Shown: positions 18,760 to 32,261, counted from the first letter of the whole stretch. The stretch is 61,991 bases of DNA, filler included, from Nitrospinota bacterium (GCA_030620925.1; 15 parts of 15 records of this genome joined end to end with filler, not necessarily neighbours in it); one strand, 5' to 3'. The notes: generated by a model not told the origin, from the sequence alone. Made by a program: numbers and translations.

Positions 18760-20832
18760 ATGAGTCGACAGGTACCACTACAAAAAATTAGAAATATCGG
18801 GATCATAGCCCATATAGACGCCGGTAAAACCACTACCACCGAGCGCGTTCTTTATTACACCGGCAGGTCGCACAGGCTGGGCGAGGTCCATGAAGGTTCC
18901 GCCACCATGGACTGGATGGAACAGGAACAGGAGCGGGGCATAACCATTACCTCGGCTGCTACCACCTGTTTTTGGGATGATCATCGTATAAACGTCATCG
19001 ATACTCCGGGTCATGTCGATTTCACGGTGGAGGTAGAGCGTTCTCTTCGAGTGTTGGACGGAGCAGTGGGAGTTTTTTGCGCGGTGGGAGGTGTAGAGCC
19101 GCAGTCGGAGACGGTATGGCGCCAAGCGGAGAAATACCGCATACCCCGTATCGCCTTCGTAAACAAAATGGACCGTCTGGGAGCTGATTTCTTTAACTGC
19201 GTGTCCATGATACGGGATCGTTTAGCGGCCAACGTCCTTCCCATACAGATACCTCTGGGGAAAGAGAGCGATTTTCGAGGAGTCATAGATATCATAAAGA
19301 TGAAGGCGATTATTTATCACGAAGATTCTCTGGGGGCCACCTATGATGAGGAGGATATTCCCCAGAGCCACCGGGAGCTGGCCGAAGAATACAGGGAGAA
19401 GCTTCTGGAAAGCCTTTCCGACCTCGACGAGAGGGTGATGGAGAGCTACCTGGCCGAAGAAGAGATAAGCCTCCAGCTTATTGAAGAAGTCATACGCAAG
19501 GCCACCCTGGAGAACAGAGGAGTGCCTGTGCTTTGCGGGGCGGCATTTAAAAATAAAGGGGTTCAGCCCCTTCTGGACAGCATTGTGAAATATCTTCCTT
19601 CACCGCAGGATGTTCCGCCGGTCAAAGGGAGAAACCCACAGACCGGAGAAGAGGAAACCAGAGAGGCCGATGATGATGAGCCCTTCTCAGCCCTGGCGTT
19701 CAAAGTGTGGACAGATCCTTACGTGGGTCATCTCTGTTTCTTCCGCGTATACTCCGGCTCTATTAAGACCGGGGACATGGTGTTGAATTCCACCAGCGGG
19801 TATATGGAGAAGGTGGGACGATTGCTCAAGATGCATGCTGATAAACGCGAGGAAATAAATGCAGTTTACGCCGGGGACATAGCGGCGGGAATAGGCCTCA
19901 AGAACTCAACTACGGGGGATACCCTCTGCCATCAGCAGCATCCGGTGGTGCTTGAATCCATCGAGTGTCCGGAACCGGTCATCTCCGTGGCCATTGAACC
20001 CAAGACCAAAGCGGATCAGGTGAAGCTGGGGGTATCCCTCAGCAAGCTCACCAACGAGGACCCCACTTTTCGGGTGGCCACTGATAACGAGACGGGCCAG
20101 ACCATAATATCGGGCATGGGTGAGCTCCATCTGGAGATTCTGACGGATCGACTGATAAGGGAATTCAATGTAGGCGCCAGCGTATCCCGGCCCCAGGTGG
20201 CCTACAAGGAGAGCATAAAAAAAGCGGTCAAAGCCGAGGGCAGGTTTATCAAACAGACCGGTGGGCGGGGGCAGTACGGCCACGTATGGCTGTCCATAGA
20301 ACCCCTCCAACGCGGCGACGGGTTTAAATTCGAAGACAAAGTGGTGGGCGGCGTAATACCCAGGGAGTTTATCTCCGCCGTCAGACTGGGGATCAAGGAG
20401 GCCATGAGCGACGGTGTATTGGCCGGCTTCAGCGTCACTGACGTCGTGGTCTCCGTATACGACGGATCGTTCCACCAGGTGGATTCCTCTGAGCTGGCCT
20501 TTAAGATAGCCGCCTCAATGGCTTTCAGGGAAGGCATCCGAAAGGCGGAACCATATCTCCTTGAACCCGTAATGGATGTTGAGGTAGTGGTGCCCGAGGA
20601 GTTTCTCGGTGATGTTCTCAAGGATTTAACGACCAGAAGGGGGAGAATCAAAGGAATGAGTGAGCGCGCAGGAGCCAAGGTGGTGAGAGCCTCAGCGCCG
20701 CTGGCGGAGATGTTCGGTTATGCCACCGCCTTGCGGTCCAGCTCTCAAGGACGCGCTACTTATAGCATGCAGTTCTCCCGTTACGATGAAGTTCCCTCTA
20801 CAATCGCCCAGGACATAGTATCCAAATTTTAA
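18760..20832 (+). CDS. fusA: Elongation factor G
   Basis: Motifs [37 protein letters not shown]. Confidence 0.99.
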   Translation: MSRQVPLQKIRNIGIIAHIDAGKTTTTERVLYYTGRSHRLGEVHEGSATMDWMEQEQERGITITSAATTCFWDDHRINVIDTPGHVDFTVEVERSLRVLDGAVGVFCAVGGVEPQSETVWRQAEKYRIPRIAFVNKMDRLGADFFNCVSMIRDRLAANVLPIQIPLGKESDFRGVIDIIKMKAIIYHEDSLGATYDEEDIPQSHRELAEEYREKLLESLSDLDERVMESYLAEEEISLQLIEEVIRKATLENRGVPVLCGAAFKNKGVQPLLDSIVKYLPSPQDVPPVKGRNPQTGEEETREADDDEPFSALAFKVWTDPYVGHLCFFRVYSGSIKTGDMVLNSTSGYMEKVGRLLKMHADKREEINAVYAGDIAAGIGLKNSTTGDTLCHQQHPVVLESIECPEPVISVAIEPKTKADQVKLGVSLSKLTNEDPTFRVATDNETGQTIISGMGELHLEILTDRLIREFNVGASVSRPQVAYKESIKKAVKAEGRFIKQTGGRGQYGHVWLSIEPLQRGDGFKFEDKVVGGVIPREFISAVRLGIKEAMSDGVLAGFSVTDVVVSVYDGSFHQVDSSELAFKIAASMAFREGIRKAEPYLLEPVMDVEVVVPEEFLGDVLKDLTTRRGRIKGMSERAGAKVVRASAPLAEMFGYATALRSSSQGRATYSMQFSRYDEVPSTIAQDIVSKF

Positions 20833-20969
20833 CTTCGGCGTTGAGAATCGGAGTTTGCATGGGGTTGAGAGGATGGCGATTGTGGGTTTGCAGTTGAGGG
20901 ACGTTTGAGTTAAGAGTATCCGGAGAAGGGATGAGCTTCATTCTTAATTATCCAAGGAGGGCAGGTTAG

Positions 20970-21676
20970 ATGGCCAGGGCGAAGTTTGAGCGGACCAAGC
21001 CACACATCAACATAGGGACCATAGGTCACGTGGATCACGGCAAGACGACGTTGACTGCGGCCATAACTTTGGTCTTGAGCAAGAAGGGCATGGCGGATTA
21101 CGTAAGTTTCGATGAGATAGACAAGGCTCCCGAGGAGCGGGAGCGGGGGATAACCATAGCCACCGCCCACGTGGAGTATGAGACGGATAACCGCCATTAC
21201 GCACACGTGGACTGTCCCGGCCACGCCGATTACATAAAGAACATGATAACCGGAGCGGCGCAGATGGACGGTGCGATACTGGTGGTGAGTGCGGCGGACG
21301 GACCCATGCCCCAGACGCGGGAGCACATACTGCTTGCCCGTCAGGTGGGTGTTCCCTACATCGTGGTTCTTATGAACAAGACGGACATGGTAGACGATCC
21401 CGAGTTACTGGAGCTGGTGGAGCTGGAGGTACGGGAGTTATTGAGTCTTTACGATTTTCCCGGCGATGATATACCCGTAGTAAAGGGTAGCGCATTAGAG
21501 GCGTTGAACTGCGGTTGCTCCAAGGAAGACTGCGATAAGTGCAATCTGGTGTATGAATTGATGGCGGCGGTGGATGAGTATATACCTTTGCCAGAGCGTG
21601 ATATAGACAAGCCTTTTCTGATGCCTGTGGAGGATGTGTTCAGCATATCCGGCCGTGGCACGGTGGCCACGGGCCG
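20970..21676 (+). CDS. tuf: Elongation factor Tu, partial
   Basis: Motifs [23 protein letters not shown]. Confidence 0.99.
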
Positions 21677-21776
21677 NNNNNNNNNNNNNNNNNNNNNNNN
21701 NNNNNNNNNNNNNNNNNNNNTTAATTAATTAANNNNNNNNNNNNNNNNNNNNNNNNNNNNNNNNNNNNNNNNNNNN

Positions 21777-22015
21777 AAGGCACTAAGCCTCTTGTCGACC
21801 TCCAGCGCCGTGAGGTGCTTTACTCTGGGCGCTGCGGCGGTGGTGAGGACGCCTGTGCCCGCGCCTATTTCCACCGTGTAGTCTTCTGTTCTTAAATCCG
21901 CAACACTGAGGATGGCTTTCAGGATAGAGCCATCCTTCAAAATATGCTGACCCAGGCGCGGTTTGTGTGGTTTTCTTGTGCGGGGCCGCCGGGGGGAGGC
22001 CCTTCTTTTACTCAA
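21777..22015 (-). CDS. rsmA: 16S rRNA dimethyltransferase, 5' fragment
   Basis: Motifs LGQHIL.D, VEIGAGTGVLT, LEVD. Follows pdxA; TTG start 22015. Confidence 0.88.
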
Positions 22016-23018
22016 CGTCTTTGCCTCTCGCACCGACCAGTTTGGCGGCCAGCTTAACTGCATTCAAAAGGCTTGAAGGGTTTGCTTCGCCTTTGCCCGC
22101 GATGTCGTACGCGGTCCCGTGGTCCACGGAAGTGCGGATGATGGGAAGCCCCAGGGTAACGTTCACCGCGTTAAGAAAGGATTGAGATTTAAGCGGTATT
22201 AAACCCTGGTCATGATACATCGCCAGAAAAACATCGTAGTGTTCCCTGCTGGAGGGCGTGAACAGGGTGTCCGCCGGGTAAGGGCCGTAAACATCGATTT
22301 CCTCAGAGACGGCCTTCTCTATGGCGGGGATTATCTCCCGTTCCTCTTCTTCTCCCATCGCCCCGTCGTCGCTTGCGTGCGGATTGAGGGCCGCCACACC
22401 TATGCGGGGACGGTCTATGTCGAACAGAGGCATGGATCGATTTATCAGCCTGAGCAGGGATAGTATCCTGTCTTTATTTATAAAAGGGGCGACTTCAGCC
22501 AGGGGAATGTGAGTGGTAGCCAGGACCACTCTGAAGTCTTCGCTTGCCAGCATCATGGCATATTCTTGAGCGGCCGTTCGCTGTGCGAGAAGTTCCGTAT
22601 GTCCGGTGAACATGAAGCCGGCCTTAACAAGCTCCCCTTTGTTTACAGGGGCGGTGGTCATACCGTCCACCGCTCCCGCCAGACAGAGGTCGATGGCCGC
22701 TTCCACGTATTCGATAGCCGCTTTGCAGTACGCCGGGCCGGGCCGCCCCCACGGAATCTCGGAATGGGGAAGGTTCCCCAGGTGGAGGAACTCCGGTGAG
22801 TCTTCTTCGAAGAGGCAGTCCTTCGGCTCGTTCACTGTGCGTATGCGAACCTCAGAATCCAGATATGCGGAGACCTGCTCAATGGCGAGGGCGTCGCCTA
22901 TGACCAGAGGAGAGCAGACCCGATGAATCTCCAGGTCAGAGATGGCTTTGGAGACTATCTCAGGGCCTATGCCCACGGGGTCGCCCATGGTTATGGCTAT
23001 TACCGGTTTTCTGCTCAT
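22008..23018 (-). CDS. pdxA: 4-hydroxythreonine-4-phosphate dehydrogenase
   Basis: Motifs ITMGDPVGIGPE, GHTE, LNPHA, MYHDQGLIP, RTSVDHGTAYDIAG. Confidence 0.96.
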   Translation of the reverse strand: MSRKPVIAITMGDPVGIGPEIVSKAISDLEIHRVCSPLVIGDALAIEQVSAYLDSEVRIRTVNEPKDCLFEEDSPEFLHLGNLPHSEIPWGRPGPAYCKAAIEYVEAAIDLCLAGAVDGMTTAPVNKGELVKAGFMFTGHTELLAQRTAAQEYAMMLASEDFRVVLATTHIPLAEVAPFINKDRILSLLRLINRSMPLFDIDRPRIGVAALNPHASDDGAMGEEEEREIIPAIEKAVSEEIDVYGPYPADTLFTPSSREHYDVFLAMYHDQGLIPLKSQSFLNAVNVTLGLPIIRTSVDHGTAYDIAGKGEANPSSLLNAVKLAAKLVGARGKDVE

Positions 23019-23639
23019 GTTTCCTTTTCTTGGCACGGTCTGTATCGACGCTATTAACAAGGAGTCACACGATCAGTCCCCCCGCCTGACCCGACAAAAG
23101 AGTATATACCCACGGCATGCAGGAGATGCAAGGTATTTTATCTCCGCTGCAGCCGTTCGATCATCTAGCTAAAAAATGAGTGCGAAAGCCCTCCCATTTC
23201 CCCATAAATATTAAAAAATTAATCTCTTGACAACTATTTGTATTCTGTTTAGGGTATAGAGGCGTCGCCTCCTGAAGGATTAAAAAAAACCCTTCATAAT
23301 ATTATACCCTGTTCGCGACCCGTAGGTTAAACAACCTGCCTTAAATCTGGTATAGGGTAGCCCCGCGATGGAGGACAGTGTATAGAAAAAACTTCTCGGA
23401 TAGACCTTTTGCCCTGCCTGGTTTTTAAAAAAACTCAATCGCTCCGCCAATAAGAATCTTTTTGCGACCCCTGTGTAGGGAACGTTAATAAGTTGAGCGC
23501 TAGGTCGTATCGATACTTTGAGGTTGTACAGGTTTAGTGTTAAAGCCCCGCTGGAGAGCGGAGGCTGATTCTGACGGCAGCAGTAAGATAGAGTCCGCGG
23601 CATATTGGAAAAATTATAAGCATCGAGCGAGGTTGAAAT

Positions 23640-24884
23640 ATGGTAGAGTTCCGCAATTTAACACCACCCGAAGATGGACAAGAGATCAAGGAAGAAGGAG
23701 GCAAGCTTAAGATCCCCGATAACCCTATTATCCCTTTCATCGAAGGGGATGGTACAGGGCCGGATATATGGCGCGCCTCTCAGCGAGTTCTCGACGCCGG
23801 TATCGATAAGGCATACGGAGGCAAGAAAGCCATAGCCTGGTTCCAGGTAATGGCCGGGGAAACGAGCTTTAACGAGACGGGGGAATGGCTTCCTGAGGAC
23901 ACTCTTAAGGCCATAGAACATTACAAGGTGGCCATCAAGGGACCGCTGACCACCCCCGTGGGGGGCGGCATAAGGAGCCTGAACGTTACCCTCAGGCAGA
24001 AGCTTGACCTTTACGCCTGCGTTCGGCCGGTGAGGTATTTCCAGGGCGTCCCTTCTCCTGTCCGGAGTCCTGAGCAGATGGATATGATCATCTTCAGGGA
24101 GAACACGGAAGATGTTTACGCCGGTATAGAATGGAGTGAGGGGAGCAATGAAGTTAAAAAAGTCATTAAATTTCTGAACAAAAAGATGGGCACAAACATC
24201 AGGGAAGATTCCGGCGTGGGGGTGAAACCCATCAGCATAACCGGCACAAAGCGGCTGGTCAGAAAAGCCATACAGTATGCCCTGGACAAAAACAGGCGCT
24301 CAGTGACACTGGTGCATAAGGGTAACATCATGAAGTTCACCGAGGGTGCCTTCAGGGACTGGGGTTACGAGCTGGCCCGGGAAGAGTTCGCTGACGTAAC
24401 GGTTCTTGAAAATGATCTCTGGGATAAGTATGACGGCAAGATGCCGGCGGGTAAGGTTCTGATCAACGACCGCATAGCCGACAGCATGTTCCAGCAGGTA
24501 CTCACCCGCACAAATGAGTATGATATCCTGGCTACGCCCAATCTCAACGGAGACTATCTCTCCGACGCCTGCGCTGCGCAGGTGGGGGGGCTGGGGATGG
24601 CTCCGGGGGCGAACATCGGGGATGTGGTGGGGCTCTTCGAAGCCACTCACGGCACGGCCCCCAAGTATGCAGGCCAGGATAAGGTTAACCCGGGCTCGCT
24701 GCTTCTGTCCGGCGTGATGATGCTCGAGTATATGGGCTGGAAGGAGGCGGCTGATAAAGTGGTTAATGCTTTTGGGGTGACCATTAAGTCCAAAGTCGTT
24801 ACTTACGATTTGGCCAGACTTATGAGCGGAGCCAGAGAAGTCAAGGCTTCTGAGTTTGCCTCCGCCATTATCGAAAACCTGTAG
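23640..24884 (+). CDS. icd: Isocitrate dehydrogenase (E. coli-type dimeric family)
   Basis: Motifs [48 protein letters not shown]. Confidence 0.97.
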   Translation: MVEFRNLTPPEDGQEIKEEGGKLKIPDNPIIPFIEGDGTGPDIWRASQRVLDAGIDKAYGGKKAIAWFQVMAGETSFNETGEWLPEDTLKAIEHYKVAIKGPLTTPVGGGIRSLNVTLRQKLDLYACVRPVRYFQGVPSPVRSPEQMDMIIFRENTEDVYAGIEWSEGSNEVKKVIKFLNKKMGTNIREDSGVGVKPISITGTKRLVRKAIQYALDKNRRSVTLVHKGNIMKFTEGAFRDWGYELAREEFADVTVLENDLWDKYDGKMPAGKVLINDRIADSMFQQVLTRTNEYDILATPNLNGDYLSDACAAQVGGLGMAPGANIGDVVGLFEATHGTAPKYAGQDKVNPGSLLLSGVMMLEYMGWKEAADKVVNAFGVTIKSKVVTYDLARLMSGAREVKASEFASAIIENL

Positions 24885-24939
24885 GGAATACTGCCCGTTC
24901 CTGTTTTTTTCAAACCGTAGAGCATTGAAAGGAGCGATC

Positions 24940-25007
24940 ATGAGACCCAGGATTACCATTGTAGGAGCAGGAAATGTGGGAGCCACCACCGCGCATTGGG
25001 CGGCATC
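24940..25007 (+). CDS. mdh: Malate dehydrogenase, 5' fragment
   Basis: MRPRITIVGAGNVGATTAHWAA directly after icd, with GGAG RBS. Confidence 0.85.
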
Positions 25008-25107
25008 NNNNNNNNNNNNNNNNNNNNNNNNNNNNNNNNNNNNNNNNNNNNTTAATTAATTAANNNNNNNNNNNNNNNNNNNNNNNNNNNNNNNNNNNNN
25101 NNNNNNN

Positions 25108-26542
<1,435 letters not shown>

Positions 26543-26546
<4 letters not shown>

Positions 26547-27199
26547 AAGGAAAGACCGGCGAAGGTTTGGGGTTCCACATCGTGCAAGACGAGCTGGACA
26601 GCGTGTCCGGAATGCGGCGTACACTGGAATCGAGAGTGCAGGTGGAGCTGGACCTTAAAGAACGCGACCTCGAGCTGAAAGAGAAGATACGCACGCCGTT
26701 TAACTTTTTCAACCACATGCTGGAGACCATAAGCTGGCGTGCGTGCATGAACATCCGCGTGCAGATAGAAATAGACGGCTACCACCTGGCGCACGTAATT
26801 TGTGAGGACGTGGGAATAACCCTGGGTCAGGCGATGCAGCGCCTCTGGGAGAACAGGAAAACGGAGGGGATCAGCGGCTCCGGCTGCGCCTACTCCCTCA
26901 TCGATGAGGCGCTGTCCAGATGCGCCCTCAGCTTTGAAGACAGGAGCAGCATCCACGTCGAGAGGAGCGGCGTCGCCATTCCCGAACACGCGGAAGACCT
27001 GCTTTCAGCCGATCTCATGGCCTTTTTTGAAGGATTCGTGCAGGGGAACCGGAGCACGCTCCATCTCGATTTCATCAAAGGGGTCGATCCCCATCACATC
27101 TGGGAGAGCGCTTTTCGCGCCTTCGGCGAAACCCTCTACCTGGCTTTCCAATCCAGGCCCTGGCGCAGAGGCACGACACCGGGCGTAAAGGGAATTTGA
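26543..27199 (+). CDS. Divergent imidazoleglycerol-phosphate dehydratase-like protein (HisB-like)
   Basis: Motifs FFNHML, EDVGITLG, DEAL, HHIWE, KG. The first HHxxE motif is degenerate. Confidence 0.75.
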
Positions 27200-27231
27200 G
27201 TAGCGGTGCCAACTGAAAATACCGGGCGGAA

Positions 27232-28437
27232 ATGAAAATAGACGGTCTCATATTTGATCTGGATGGAGTCATCACCAGCGAGGAAAACTACTGGGACGCC
27301 GACAGGCTCTCCCTCTGGGAGTTGTTGACTTCAGACCAATACCTGGGCATAAAAGGCTTTTTCGACCCCCCTGTTTCCATCCCTGTGGGAAAGATAGAGG
27401 ATAAGTTCAGGGTGTTGTCCCCCGCTTCCATAGTGAGGCTTAAAAACCGGGCGCTGAACTCCAACTGGGACATCACCTTCGCAATCTTCTCCATCTGCCT
27501 CGCTTACGTTCTTCGCTGGCTTGAGAAGACTCGACCGGATACAGCCAAACGGCTGGAAGGCAGGGAGCTGGACGTAAACTTTATCTCCGACCTGGGAAAA
27601 GAGCTCGCTGGCGCAGGCCCGACCGTGCACTCCACTCAGGAACTGGTGGACGAATTTATGCACGGTTCCAGGGGAATAATGGGCCCCCAATTGATGGCCC
27701 ATCTGGGGACCCTCTTCGAGCAGACCACCTTCGTGGGCAGACAGGTCTTTCAGCGCGATACCCCGATTTGGGAGCTGTGCAGGGACATATTCCAGGGATG
27801 GACTACCGGCGAGACCTTCAAAAAAAATAGCTCCATAGCAAGCGGAATCCCCCTGATAAAGCAAACGCTTACGGAGCTGCGCGCCCTGGACCCGCAGGAC
27901 AGCAGCAGCTTCAGGATGGATTTACCGGTCCTCCCCTCGGACAGGATAGTTAAGGTTTTCAGAACTCTCCAGCTTACGGGGTTGAATCTGGCGGTGGCCA
28001 CCGGACGCCCCAGGAAGGAAGCGGTGACCGCGCTGAAAAGCATCGGCATACTGGACTATTTCGAGGACAGGCGGATAATCACCCAGGATGAAGCGGACAA
28101 CGCAGAAGCGATTCTGAAACAACAGGGCCGGCGCATGAAACTATCCAAGCCGCACCCTTATATAATACTGAAGGCAATTTATCCGGATAAGACCCCCGAA
28201 GAGCTGCTCGGCTTGACCGTCCCCGACTACAAACACGACATATACGCTATGGTCGGGGACGCCATGAGCGACATACTCGGAGCAAAACAGGCGGGATGCA
28301 CGGCCGTCGGAGTCCTCTCTGGTGCGGGCAAGGACACCGACCTGGAGAATGAACAGCGGGAATTCTTCACCGAAATGGGGGCGGATATTGTGATCTCCGA
28401 CATAGAGGAGCTGCCTCCCCTGGTGAAACTGGATTAG
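27232..28437 (+). CDS. HAD-superfamily hydrolase with large cap insertion
   Basis: Motifs IFDLDGVIT, ATGRP, KPHPY, VGDAMSD. Confidence 0.88.
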   Translation: MKIDGLIFDLDGVITSEENYWDADRLSLWELLTSDQYLGIKGFFDPPVSIPVGKIEDKFRVLSPASIVRLKNRALNSNWDITFAIFSICLAYVLRWLEKTRPDTAKRLEGRELDVNFISDLGKELAGAGPTVHSTQELVDEFMHGSRGIMGPQLMAHLGTLFEQTTFVGRQVFQRDTPIWELCRDIFQGWTTGETFKKNSSIASGIPLIKQTLTELRALDPQDSSSFRMDLPVLPSDRIVKVFRTLQLTGLNLAVATGRPRKEAVTALKSIGILDYFEDRRIITQDEADNAEAILKQQGRRMKLSKPHPYIILKAIYPDKTPEELLGLTVPDYKHDIYAMVGDAMSDILGAKQAGCTAVGVLSGAGKDTDLENEQREFFTEMGADIVISDIEELPPLVKLD

Positions 28438-28547
28438 ATAAAAAAGGNNNNNNNNNNNNNNNNNNNNNNNNNNNNNNNNNNNNNNNNNNNNTTAATTAAT
28501 TAANNNNNNNNNNNNNNNNNNNNNNNNNNNNNNNNNNNNNNNNNNNN

Positions 28548-29233
28548 AGTCTGTCCCCCTGTACCATGAGGTTCCTGCTGTGATAGTCCCGGTGGGTGAA
28601 GTAGAGTTTCTGGTCGAGCATAGTGCGGGCGATGATGTGGAAGATGTCCTGGAGAGCACGCTGGTCTTCAGGGCTGACCTCTTGATTCAGGAGGCCGCGC
28701 ACCCAGTGCTCCACGGCGAAGTCAAGCTCCCAGACGAACCTCTCTTCATCGAAGGCGTAAGTGTATGCGTGGCAGGCGGCGCGCTGTTCCTCTGTGCCGT
28801 GCAACTGCATGACCACCAGGTCGTCCAGGGCTCTGAAATAGTACTCTTCCAATCTGGCTGAAGGCTCCGCCCTGAAGGCTTCCTGGAGGGTGGTATCCCC
28901 GCAGTCCTCGATGGCCAGCATACCCCAATCCCGGCGGTAACTGTAAATCTCGGGGGCGGCCAGCCCCAGAGACCCGAGGTAGCGACCTATATTGATGAAA
29001 GGCAGCTCGCCCTCCGCCCAAGGTTCGGAGAGGCGCATGACGACCAGGGTATCCGGCACTTCCTTCGCCGGAGGGTTCAGCCGCACCCTGAAGTAGCTTC
29101 GGTCGGAGGCGTCCCCCGCCAGGCTTGTCACCTCCTCCGTTATCGCCTGTGGCCCGAAACAGTGTAAAACGAAATCCTCAATCGCAGGCTCGACTTTTCC
29201 CTCCTCCTTCCCCTGAGCGCGGCGCACCATCAC
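28548..29233 (-). CDS. AmgK-like aminoglycoside phosphotransferase family kinase, partial
   Basis: Motifs LAGDASDRSYFR, EDCGD, HRDYHSRNLM. Confidence 0.88.
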
Positions 29234-30079
29234 CTAAACTTTTCTCCCTTTATCCGGGTCCTTGAAAAAACCAAGCTTCTCAGCGGAACGGACACTTTCC
29301 CGGAGGGACGTATCCGGGTCTTCGCCCCCCCTGGTCTCCAACATGATGGAGCCGTCGTATCCCGTCTCTTTGAGGGCGGCCATGAATTCTTCCCAGGGTA
29401 TGTTCCCGCCGAAGGGGGGCCGGTGCTGGTCTTTGGCGCCGTCGTTGTCGTGCACGTGTATATCAAGGAGCCTGGGAGCGCAGAGCGATATATCGTCACA
29501 CGGTGAGCCGGTTATATTGCTGTGGCCCGTATCCAGGCATATGCCGACATCGGCGCTGCCGGTGCGTTCTGCCAGCTCCATTATTTTTCCGCAGCTCGAA
29601 TGGTGGCTGGGGCCGTTCTCCAGAGCGACCAGCAATCCCGCCCGGCGGAAAACCGGAAGGAGTTTTTCCAGACCCTCAAGGAAATCTTCCTCCCGTCGGG
29701 GGTCGTTATCGGATACGGTAAGCCCCGTGTGCAGGACCATGGGGAGGGGGCCTTCAACCGGAAGGTTCTCTATGAGCATCTCGATCTCGCTGCGGGCGGT
29801 CTCCCTGACCGAGGGCTCCGGAGAAGAGAGGGTCATGAAACGGCCCGCTCTGATCTCAGCTATCGAAAGGTAGAAGGGGGCGTGCAGGGCGACAAGCTCC
29901 AGGCCGTTATCGGAGAGGTTTCGGAATATTTCTTTCACGCGGTCCGGCTTATGATAGCCCAGATGCTCACGCGAGCACCAGAGCTCCATGAACCGGAAAC
30001 CACTGGCGGCGATATCTTCCAACATCGCTCCATGGAGCTGGTGCAGGGCGAATATATGTGTGGAAATCCCGGCTTTCAT
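29234..30079 (-). CDS. Sugar phosphate isomerase/epimerase family (AP_endonuc_2 TIM barrel)
   Basis: Motifs LHAPF, ALEN, CLDTGH, IHVHDNDG.KDQH, IMLE. Confidence 0.85.
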   Translation of the reverse strand: MKAGISTHIFALHQLHGAMLEDIAASGFRFMELWCSREHLGYHKPDRVKEIFRNLSDNGLELVALHAPFYLSIAEIRAGRFMTLSSPEPSVRETARSEIEMLIENLPVEGPLPMVLHTGLTVSDNDPRREEDFLEGLEKLLPVFRRAGLLVALENGPSHHSSCGKIMELAERTGSADVGICLDTGHSNITGSPCDDISLCAPRLLDIHVHDNDGAKDQHRPPFGGNIPWEEFMAALKETGYDGSIMLETRGGEDPDTSLRESVRSAEKLGFFKDPDKGRKV

Positions 30080-30113
30080 CCTCGCATCCTGTTGATCTAT
30101 TTCTTGGTTCTAC

Positions 30114-31187
30114 CTAGACGATGGAACGGACGTTGAGCGAACCGTCCTCGTTCCTCACCACCATTTTACCCTCAATGACGCCGGATGGGGGAACGATAAC
30201 GTCGCCGCATACGATGGAATCCACGATGATGGAGTCTCCGCCGATTTCCACCCCGTCCCAGATTACCGAATTGCTTATTCTGCTTTCAGGGCCCACGCTG
30301 CAGCGGCTGCCCATGACCACCCCGGGGCCCGCCACGCTGCCCTTCTCCAGCATGCAGCCTTCGCCCAGGTGGACCGGCGGCCTCAGCCCAACCCCCTCAT
30401 CCAGCTTCAACCCACCCTGATCTGTAATCCCTTCTCCCGTCTCCCCCGTTACCTCCGTTTCCAACAGAGAGGGGTTTTCCAGGGCCATGAAGTTGGCTTC
30501 CAGATAACACCTGGGCGTTCCAATATCCACCCAGGCTCCTTTCATTACGTAACCGTAGACCGGCTCCCCCTCCTCGAGAAGCTGAGGATACAAGTTCTCG
30601 GAGGTGCCCCAGGGCACACCGGGAGGAATCAGCTCCAGCAGGGAAGGCTCCAGTATCTGCACGCCGGTAAACATGGCCTGAACGGCGGCGTGTCTTTCAT
30701 CGCCGGAAGCGGTACGCAGGAACTGCACTACCCTGTTATCGTCGTCTATTTTAATTACGCCGTAAGCAGAGGCTTCCTCCTCTCGCAGGACCAGCGTAAC
30801 TGCCGCACCTTTCTCTTTATGGAAGCGACTAACCTCTTCCAGGTCCAAATCGATGAGTATATCTCCGTTGATCACCAGGAAGGGGCCGTCGCCCAGAAAC
30901 CTTTCGGCGGCCTTGATTCCCCCCGCCGTCCCTAAAATCGTTTCCTCCGGGGAATAGTTGATTTCCAGGCCCAACCGGCCTCCATCCCCCAGCCGCTCTT
31001 TAATGGCCTGGCCCCTGTGATGCAGGTTTATCACCACCTGGCGGACGCCGTGCCTGCGGAGAAGCCTCAGCGGGCCTTCAATGACCGGACGGTTGCAGAC
31101 GGGCATCAGCGGCTTGGGGGTGAGGTCGGTCAGCGGTCTTAACCTCTCCCCGTAACCGGCGGCCAGTACCATGGCCCTCTTCACCAT
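30114..31187 (-). CDS. NDP-sugar pyrophosphorylase (MurU / mannose-1-phosphate guanylyltransferase-like) with C-terminal hexapeptide repeats
   Basis: Motifs AMVLAAGYGERLRPLT..PKPL, LGTAGG, NGD, WVDIGT; left-handed beta-helix tail. Confidence 0.88.
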   Translation of the reverse strand: MVKRAMVLAAGYGERLRPLTDLTPKPLMPVCNRPVIEGPLRLLRRHGVRQVVINLHHRGQAIKERLGDGGRLGLEINYSPEETILGTAGGIKAAERFLGDGPFLVINGDILIDLDLEEVSRFHKEKGAAVTLVLREEEASAYGVIKIDDDNRVVQFLRTASGDERHAAVQAMFTGVQILEPSLLELIPPGVPWGTSENLYPQLLEEGEPVYGYVMKGAWVDIGTPRCYLEANFMALENPSLLETEVTGETGEGITDQGGLKLDEGVGLRPPVHLGEGCMLEKGSVAGPGVVMGSRCSVGPESRISNSVIWDGVEIGGDSIIVDSIVCGDVIVPPSGVIEGKMVVRNEDGSLNVRSIV

Positions 31188-31472
31188 ATTACTTCTGCCT
31201 TTCGCCCCTTGCGATTGCGGGACCCATTAACCGTCTCTCAACGATTTTCACATATCATATGGCGGAAATAAAATATCTCACCTTTCAGAAACTCATATCG
31301 GCACGATCCGATAATATAAAACCGAAGTTTCAGGAATTCCCTCCAACCATTCCCACTGATATATTAGCAAAAAACGGATGGGCTGCCCATGCCTTTGAAG
31401 ACAATGAACATTTTGTCAAGTATTCAGTTGTGTTATAATTAAGTGAGAAATACCCATAAACTTGATAATTAG

Positions 31473-32261
31473 ATGAAAATATCGGTAATCATAACCACCT
31501 ACAATAGGCCCCATTACCTGAAAAGGGTATTGGAGGGTTACCTTAATCAGAGCCTGTCGCCGGATGAGCTTGTGATAGCCGATGACGGCTCGTCGCAAGA
31601 AACGGCATCCATGGTGGAAGAGGTTTCCGCTGATACCCGGATAAATATCAAACACTTATGGCAGGAAGACAGAGGGTTCAGGGCGGCGGCCATCAGGAAC
31701 AGGGCCATCGCTGAAAGTTACGGAGAATATCTTGTCATTTGCGATGATGATTCCATCCCATGCCGCGACCTGTTGAGGGACCATTTAAAATACGCTGAGG
31801 AGAACTGCTTCATCCAGGGGCACAGGGTCCTTCTGAAACCCGCAATATCTGAAAATTTTACCTACCGGGATATTTCTCGGTTAAGCGTAATCAAACTATC
31901 CATGAAAGGGCAGGCCAGTAACATTATAAACGCCTTCCGTTTTCCTCTGCCATTGATAAAAGTTTCGCAAAATTTAGGAGGTATAAGAAGCTGTAACATG
32001 AGCTTCTTCAAGAAAGATATTATAGCCGTTAACGGGTTCAACGAAGACTTCGTGGGATGGGGTAAAGAAGATTCGGAAATGGTAGTCAGATTGTTCAACT
32101 ATGGCGTGAAGCGGAAAGATTTAAAGTTTCGCGCTTGCTGTTATCATCTACACCACGAGCACTACGAAACGGACAACCTCCAGAAAAATATCGCCCTCTT
32201 AAACAGGGCGCAAAAAGAGAAAAACTACTACTGCCGCAGCGGTATCGACAAACACCTGTAA
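31473..32261 (+). CDS. Glycosyltransferase family 2
   Basis: Motifs ISVIITTYN, IADDGS, DDD, NGFNEDFVGWGKED. Confidence 0.92.
   Translation: MKISVIITTYNRPHYLKRVLEGYLNQSLSPDELVIADDGSSQETASMVEEVSADTRINIKHLWQEDRGFRAAAIRNRAIAESYGEYLVICDDDSIPCRDLLRDHLKYAEENCFIQGHRVLLKPAISENFTYRDISRLSVIKLSMKGQASNIINAFRFPLPLIKVSQNLGGIRSCNMSFFKKDIIAVNGFNEDFVGWGKEDSEMVVRLFNYGVKRKDLKFRACCYHLHHEHYETDNLQKNIALLNRAQKEKNYYCRSGIDKHL

Noticed and set aside
20833-20969. Several GTTGAG-like words in the fusA-tuf spacer
   Set aside because: Short, irregularly spaced and without convincing structure; no tRNA fold.
23227-23639. Long pdxA/icd intergenic region with TTGACA and small hairpins as a possible riboswitch or sRNA
   Set aside because: Only isolated short stems and no recognisable motif; a divergent promoter region explains it.
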